In this document: piece by piece, positions 60,019 through 64,000 of the stretch | Numbering within the stretch: the first letter of the stretch is position 1 | How the letters are laid out: each line of letters starts with the position of its first letter | Source: Clostridiales bacterium | GTDB taxonomy: Bacteria > Bacillota > Clostridia > Christensenellales > Aristaeellaceae | Direction of reading: 5' to 3' | Length of the DNA stretch: 64,000 nt | Assembly: GCA_015056415.1 (NCBI GenBank) | Contig: SVGJ01000005.1 | Coordinates: 1,845-65,844, forward strand | The notes under the pieces: model-generated | What the model saw: only the letters and a program-made list of their open reading frames with translations | What the model was told of the DNA's origin: nothing | Database searches by the model: none | Translations under genes and position numbers: made by a program

Positions 60019-60055
60019 AAAAAAGGAGACGCTCCGAAAAGCAGCTCCTTTTTTT
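60019..60055. terminator. Putative bidirectional terminator
   Basis: AAAAAAGGAG...CTCCTTTTTTT inverted arms between convergent genes. Confidence 0.45.
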
Positions 60056-60552
60056 CATTCGTGTATGGTTTCCGGCTCCTCAAAATCCGGATCGATCTGT
60101 GGCATATGATCGCACACCATGATGAACGCGTCCTCCTGGTTGTCCTCATAGTAACGCTTGCGGACGCCCAGCTGGATAAATCCCACGCTCTTATACAGAT
60201 TCTGCGCGCGGATATTGCTCCTGCGAACCTCCAGCGTAGCGTACTCCGCGCCGAGATTGGCCAGGTATTGCATCAGCGCTTCAGTCAGCACGCGGCCATA
60301 GCCGTTGCCGCGATACTCCTCGGCAATGGCGATGTTGGTGATATGGCTCTCGTCCAGGATCACCCACGCGCCCGCATAACCAATAACGCTGCCGTCCTTT
60401 TCCGCCACCAGGTAGCGGGCGGCAACATTCCGTTCAAGCTCCTGCCGGAAGGAACCCTCGCTCCAGGGTGTGGGAAAGGTCGCTTCCTCAATGGCGACAA
60501 CAGCGTCAAGATCAGCAAGGGTCATCCGGCGAACGACGCAATCATTTTGCAT
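60055..60552 (-). CDS. rimI: Ribosomal-protein-alanine N-acetyltransferase
   Basis: GNAT fold with HITNIAIAEEYRGNGYG; follows tsaB-tsaE as in many bacteria. Confidence 0.85.
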   Translation of the reverse strand: MQNDCVVRRMTLADLDAVVAIEEATFPTPWSEGSFRQELERNVAARYLVAEKDGSVIGYAGAWVILDESHITNIAIAEEYRGNGYGRVLTEALMQYLANLGAEYATLEVRRSNIRAQNLYKSVGFIQLGVRKRYYEDNQEDAFIMVCDHMPQIDPDFEEPETIHE

Positions 60553-61246
60553 TGGCAGCCTCCATCAGGCGGCGGTTGCGCTCCGCGTTGGGCGCCCGCA
60601 GGTACATGGGCATCAATTCCAGATAGGCCTTTTCTTCATCAAGCAGACTGCCCAGATAGGCCACCGCCGCCGGGCGAAGGAAGGCCTGCTGGGGCTTGGC
60701 AAAGACCGCCGAATCACCCAGCAGAGCCTGCAGCCTTGCTTTGTGCACCGGCATACCATCTCCCAGGAACAGGAAGCGTTCGCCCAAAGGCCTGATCGCC
60801 TCCACGAATTCCTCCACCTTCAGAGGAATATCCTCCATCAGCCGTGCGGGACGTTCCTCGCCGGGAACAAAGGCAGCTCCATAGACCTGCCCGGCCCGGG
60901 CGTCCTGAATGGGGCAGATCACACCGTCGAACTCCCCTGCCCCAGCCGCCATGGCCTCCAGCGCGTCCACCGCCACGCAGGGCTTACCAGCGCCATGTGC
61001 GAGACCCTTGGCCGTACTCACGCCGATACGCACGCCGGTAAAGGAACCGGGCCCAGTCACCACCGCAAGCCTGTCCATATCCTGAATGCTCAGGCCTGTT
61101 GCGGCAAACGCCGTTTCGACCATGGGCATCAGGTTAGTGGAATGGGTCAGCTTGTTCACGGCCGCGCACTCATAGGTAATACCGGATCCCGTCAGGATCG
61201 CCACGCCGCACACAGGGCCGGATGTATCAATGGCCAGCAGCTTCAT
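60542..61246 (-). CDS. tsaB: tRNA t6A37 biosynthesis protein TsaB
   Basis: MKLLAIDTSG...VVTGPGSFTGVRIG. Confidence 0.9.
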   Translation of the reverse strand: MKLLAIDTSGPVCGVAILTGSGITYECAAVNKLTHSTNLMPMVETAFAATGLSIQDMDRLAVVTGPGSFTGVRIGVSTAKGLAHGAGKPCVAVDALEAMAAGAGEFDGVICPIQDARAGQVYGAAFVPGEERPARLMEDIPLKVEEFVEAIRPLGERFLFLGDGMPVHKARLQALLGDSAVFAKPQQAFLRPAAVAYLGSLLDEEKAYLELMPMYLRAPNAERNRRLMEAANAK

Positions 61247-61692
61247 TCGTCATTCGCCTCCAGGGAGATCCTGCGGAAATCTCCGCAGGGGGTCAGGGTG
61301 ATCTCGCGCTCCGTTTCGCTCACGGGGGTGATCTTTACCTCAAGATAGCTTTCCGGGATGGCCTCAGGGCACTGACTGGGCCATTCCACCACAGCCACGC
61401 CATCACCGCCCAGATATTCGTCCATACCCATCTCATAGAGCTCCTCCACGTCGTTGAGCCTGTACCAATCGAAGTGGTAGAGCGGCACACGGCCTTCCTC
61501 GTACACATTCATGATAGTGAAGCTGGGGCTCGCCACTGTTGCTGTGACGCCCAGGCCCTTGGCGATACCGCGGGTCAGTTCACTTTTGCCCGCGCCCAGA
61601 TCGCCCAGGAGCAGCAGGACGTCACCGGCACGCAGGTGTTGGGCCAGCTTTTCGCCCAGGGCACGGGTGGCGAAGGGAGATGCTGTCTGCAC
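61243..61692 (-). CDS. tsaE: tRNA t6A37 biosynthesis ATPase TsaE
   Basis: GDLGAGKSELTRG P-loop, SPSFTIMNVY, HFDWYRL. Confidence 0.9.
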   Translation of the reverse strand: MQTASPFATRALGEKLAQHLRAGDVLLLLGDLGAGKSELTRGIAKGLGVTATVASPSFTIMNVYEEGRVPLYHFDWYRLNDVEELYEMGMDEYLGGDGVAVVEWPSQCPEAIPESYLEVKITPVSETEREITLTPCGDFRRISLEANDE

Positions 61693-61714
61693 AATCGTTC
61701 CTCCTTGCGAGATA

Positions 61715-62386
61715 TCAGATGATCCCCTTCAGCGAAAGGATCACAAGCACACAGGTCACCACGATCAAAGCAGCCACGAGGATCGGTACAATATGCATTT
61801 TCTTGGCAGGAGCTTTGGATGCGGGCATCAGCTTCGCGGAACGCAGCATACCAATAACCGGGCGGTACAGCAGGAATGTAAGCGCAGCATTCAGTCCGCC
61901 TTTGATCACATTGAAGGGCAGGAATACCGTGGGCAGCATCGCCACTACCTGTTCGCGGGTCACATTCATATACAGGGGGGTGATAATGTAGTTCCACAGC
62001 AACATGGCAGCCACCATTACCAGCGTGCCCGCCACAAGGCCAAGAACCGCATTCTTCAGGGTTCGCTTTCTATGATAGATAAACGCCGCCGTGCAGGCAA
62101 ATGTACCGCTGGAAAGCACATTCATCAGGAAGCCGATGATCCCTGTATCGCTGATGGTGAACCACTCCACCATCGCGGCAACGATGGTAATCATCAATGC
62201 GTAGAAAGGTCCGAGGATCAGACCGCCCAAGGCGATAATCACATCCATCGGATCATAGGTCAGGAAAGGGGCTGCGGGGACAATGGAAAGATGGCAAAGC
62301 ACGTTCACCACATACGCAAGGGCGGCGAGCATTGCCGCAAGAGTGAGTTTCCGGATATCCGTTTGTTTCTGAATATTCATTGACAA
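61715..62386 (-). CDS. ribU: ECF transporter S component, riboflavin-specific by riboswitch context
   Basis: 6-TM protein of about 220 aa immediately downstream of an FMN riboswitch. Confidence 0.75.
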   Translation of the reverse strand: MSMNIQKQTDIRKLTLAAMLAALAYVVNVLCHLSIVPAAPFLTYDPMDVIIALGGLILGPFYALMITIVAAMVEWFTISDTGIIGFLMNVLSSGTFACTAAFIYHRKRTLKNAVLGLVAGTLVMVAAMLLWNYIITPLYMNVTREQVVAMLPTVFLPFNVIKGGLNAALTFLLYRPVIGMLRSAKLMPASKAPAKKMHIVPILVAALIVVTCVLVILSLKGII

Positions 62387-62395
62387 GCCTCCTTA

Positions 62396-62592
62396 AAAAT
62401 GTGCACGCCCCTGAAGCCAGATCGCTTATCAGGGGCGGAAACGTTCCGTTGCGGGCAACGGACGCATCGGCTTCCTTCTCTCATCCAGACTGTACTGTCG
62501 GCTCCGGAATCACACCGGATCGGCCAGAGCATGGCTCTGGTTCGCGGGCTATACCGCCGGTAGGGATTTGCACCCTTCCCCGAAGAAGCTCC
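62396..62592 (-). promoter_or_regulatory. FMN riboswitch (RFN element) with terminator expression platform
   Basis: Minus strand reads CTTCGGGGAAGGGTGCAAATCCCTACCGGCGGTATAGCCCGCGA...GATCCGGTGTGATTCCGGAGCCGACAGTACAGTCTGGATGAGAGAAGGAAG, then hairpin CCCCTGATAAGCGATCTGGCTTCAGGGG (62408-62435) and a T-rich tail. Confidence 0.9.
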
Positions 62593-62681
62593 AAGTGGCT
62601 ATGCAATTAACACTTTGATGATAGCACAGCGCCATGCCGCTGTCAATAGAAAAGGAGTGACTTGACGCCGCTCCCCATGAT

Positions 62682-63968
62682 TTACAGCCTGATGACCGCG
62701 GCGCCCTCGGGCCGGATGTTCAGGATATGACAACTGCGGGGGCCGAAAACGCCCTCCATGGTCTCAATGAAGCGCTTCAGCTCCGTCAGGGGGACGAAAT
62801 TCAGCGTTGTGCCGGCAAAGCCGCCGCCGTGAACGCGCCAGGCGCCCTTCCCCTCCAGCATGAATTCCGCCATGGACAGCGCCACCGAGAGGCTCTGCTC
62901 CTGGGGACGCTTCTGGGCATAGACGTTCTGCAGGTACATATAGCTGGAGCGTCCGCTGGCGATGACGTGCTTGAAGAACTCATTCACGTCATCGTTTTTC
63001 AAGGCCTCTACCTGCCAGTCCACGCGATCATTCTCGTTAAAGAAGTGCAGCGCGCGCAGCACAGCCCGGTCAGAGGTCTTCTCGCGGATGGCTGCCACAT
63101 TGGCACCGAACTCTTCCGGGCGTACCCGGCGCAGGTTCTCCTCGCCAAAGAACGCGGCCACCTGCTTCATTTCGGCTGGGATGGCGGCGTATTCGTCCGT
63201 CAGGTCGTCGTGACTTCCGCCGGTGCCCACCACCACCAGGGCGTAACCCTTCTGGGCGAAATCAAAGGCCATGGGGCGAACTTCGGGTTCCTCGTTTTTA
63301 AAGTCAACATATACCAGGCCGCCATTGGCGCTGGCCATCTGATCCAGCAGACCGCTGGGCTTGCCGAAGTACACATTCTCTGCATACTGACCGATCTTCG
63401 CCTGGGTCTTCGCTTCGATAACAGAGCCGTTGTAAAGCTCGTCCAGGATGGCGCAGACCAGCACCTCAAAAGCCGCAGAGGAACTCAGACCGCTGCCGGA
63501 AGCGACCGTGGAGGTGATGGCCGCATCAAAGCCGCCAACCTTGTAGCCCAGCTCGTCCATGCGGGCGGCCACGCCACGGATCAGCGCGGCGGTGGTGCCC
63601 TCTTCCTCGCTGCGCCTGGACAGATCAGTCAGGTCAATGGTCATGGCGGGATAGCCGTCGCTGTGCACATTCACCAGCATATCATCCCGGGCAGAGACGG
63701 CAGCCAGCGTATCCAGATTCACCGAGGCGGCCAGCACCTTGCCCTTGTTATGGTCGGTGTGGTTGCCACCGATCTCCGTGCGACCGGGGGCCGAAACCAT
63801 CAGCACGTCGCGGTCAGCATGGAAATATTCTTCATGCCGCTTGATCAGCGCGGTATAGCGCGCAGTCTGCTCCACCAGCACACCATCGCGGGATCCATAC
63901 AGGTAGATCAGCCGCTGGATCACCTGGGGAGTCTTCAGATTGCGGATCATGCTTGCATATCGGTTCAT
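62682..63968 (-). CDS. galK: Galactokinase
   Basis: APGRTEIGGNHTDHN and GSGLSSSAAFEV GHMP kinase motifs; 428 aa. Confidence 0.9.
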   Translation of the reverse strand: MNRYASMIRNLKTPQVIQRLIYLYGSRDGVLVEQTARYTALIKRHEEYFHADRDVLMVSAPGRTEIGGNHTDHNKGKVLAASVNLDTLAAVSARDDMLVNVHSDGYPAMTIDLTDLSRRSEEEGTTAALIRGVAARMDELGYKVGGFDAAITSTVASGSGLSSSAAFEVLVCAILDELYNGSVIEAKTQAKIGQYAENVYFGKPSGLLDQMASANGGLVYVDFKNEEPEVRPMAFDFAQKGYALVVVGTGGSHDDLTDEYAAIPAEMKQVAAFFGEENLRRVRPEEFGANVAAIREKTSDRAVLRALHFFNENDRVDWQVEALKNDDVNEFFKHVIASGRSSYMYLQNVYAQKRPQEQSLSVALSMAEFMLEGKGAWRVHGGGFAGTTLNFVPLTELKRFIETMEGVFGPRSCHILNIRPEGAAVIRL

Positions 63969-64000
63969 GATGGTCCCGTCCTTTGCGTCATTAATCAGAC

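Overview
High-GC (roughly 58-62% by eye) Clostridia-like chromosome segment interrupted by a ~40.7-kb prophage.
Left host arm (1-17115): yhbY-like gene, GNAT acetyltransferase, UDG-superfamily glycosylase, a minus-strand gerA-type spore germination operon, DUF1540, queT and maf. Then comes the cell-shape cluster mreB-mreC-mreD-PBP2-(60-bp hairpin tandem repeat)-minD-rodA, an Fe-S aldo/keto reductase, a HAD-IIA hydrolase, and tRNA-Pro(GGG) behind a consensus promoter.
Prophage (~17116-57818), almost all on the minus strand: holin and NlpC/P60 endolysin, a 3176-aa multi-domain polyvalent-type protein, and a short-tailed-phage-like structural module (N4-gp56-type capsid, scaffold, portal, TerL, TerS). 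It also carries an HUH Rep, many small Cys-rich ORFs, a DNA-modification-looking island (C5-MTase, DUF4406-like, SNF2-MTase fusion, radical SAM), a phage sigma factor and VRR-NUC. A plus-strand lysogeny module holds an XRE repressor, a mini ImmA-like peptidase, two paralogous small membrane proteins and a large serine integrase.
Right host arm: SH3b secreted protein, FAD/Rieske oxidoreductase, rimI-tsaB-tsaE, FMN riboswitch-ribU, galK.
Most interesting observations:
- the giant protein, with a low-GC two-module cassette delimited by [KR][YF]SL motifs;
- the radical-SAM/MTase island;
- an 11-nt motif (GTGGGTCTACA) at three late-operon intergenic sites;
- the paralogous lysogeny-operon membrane proteins;
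- a dyad motif at both prophage ends, suggesting insertion between tRNA-Pro and its terminator.
All calls come from reading the ORF translations and the DNA by eye. No database, HMM or folding search was run. Start codons, domain names and GC figures are approximate.
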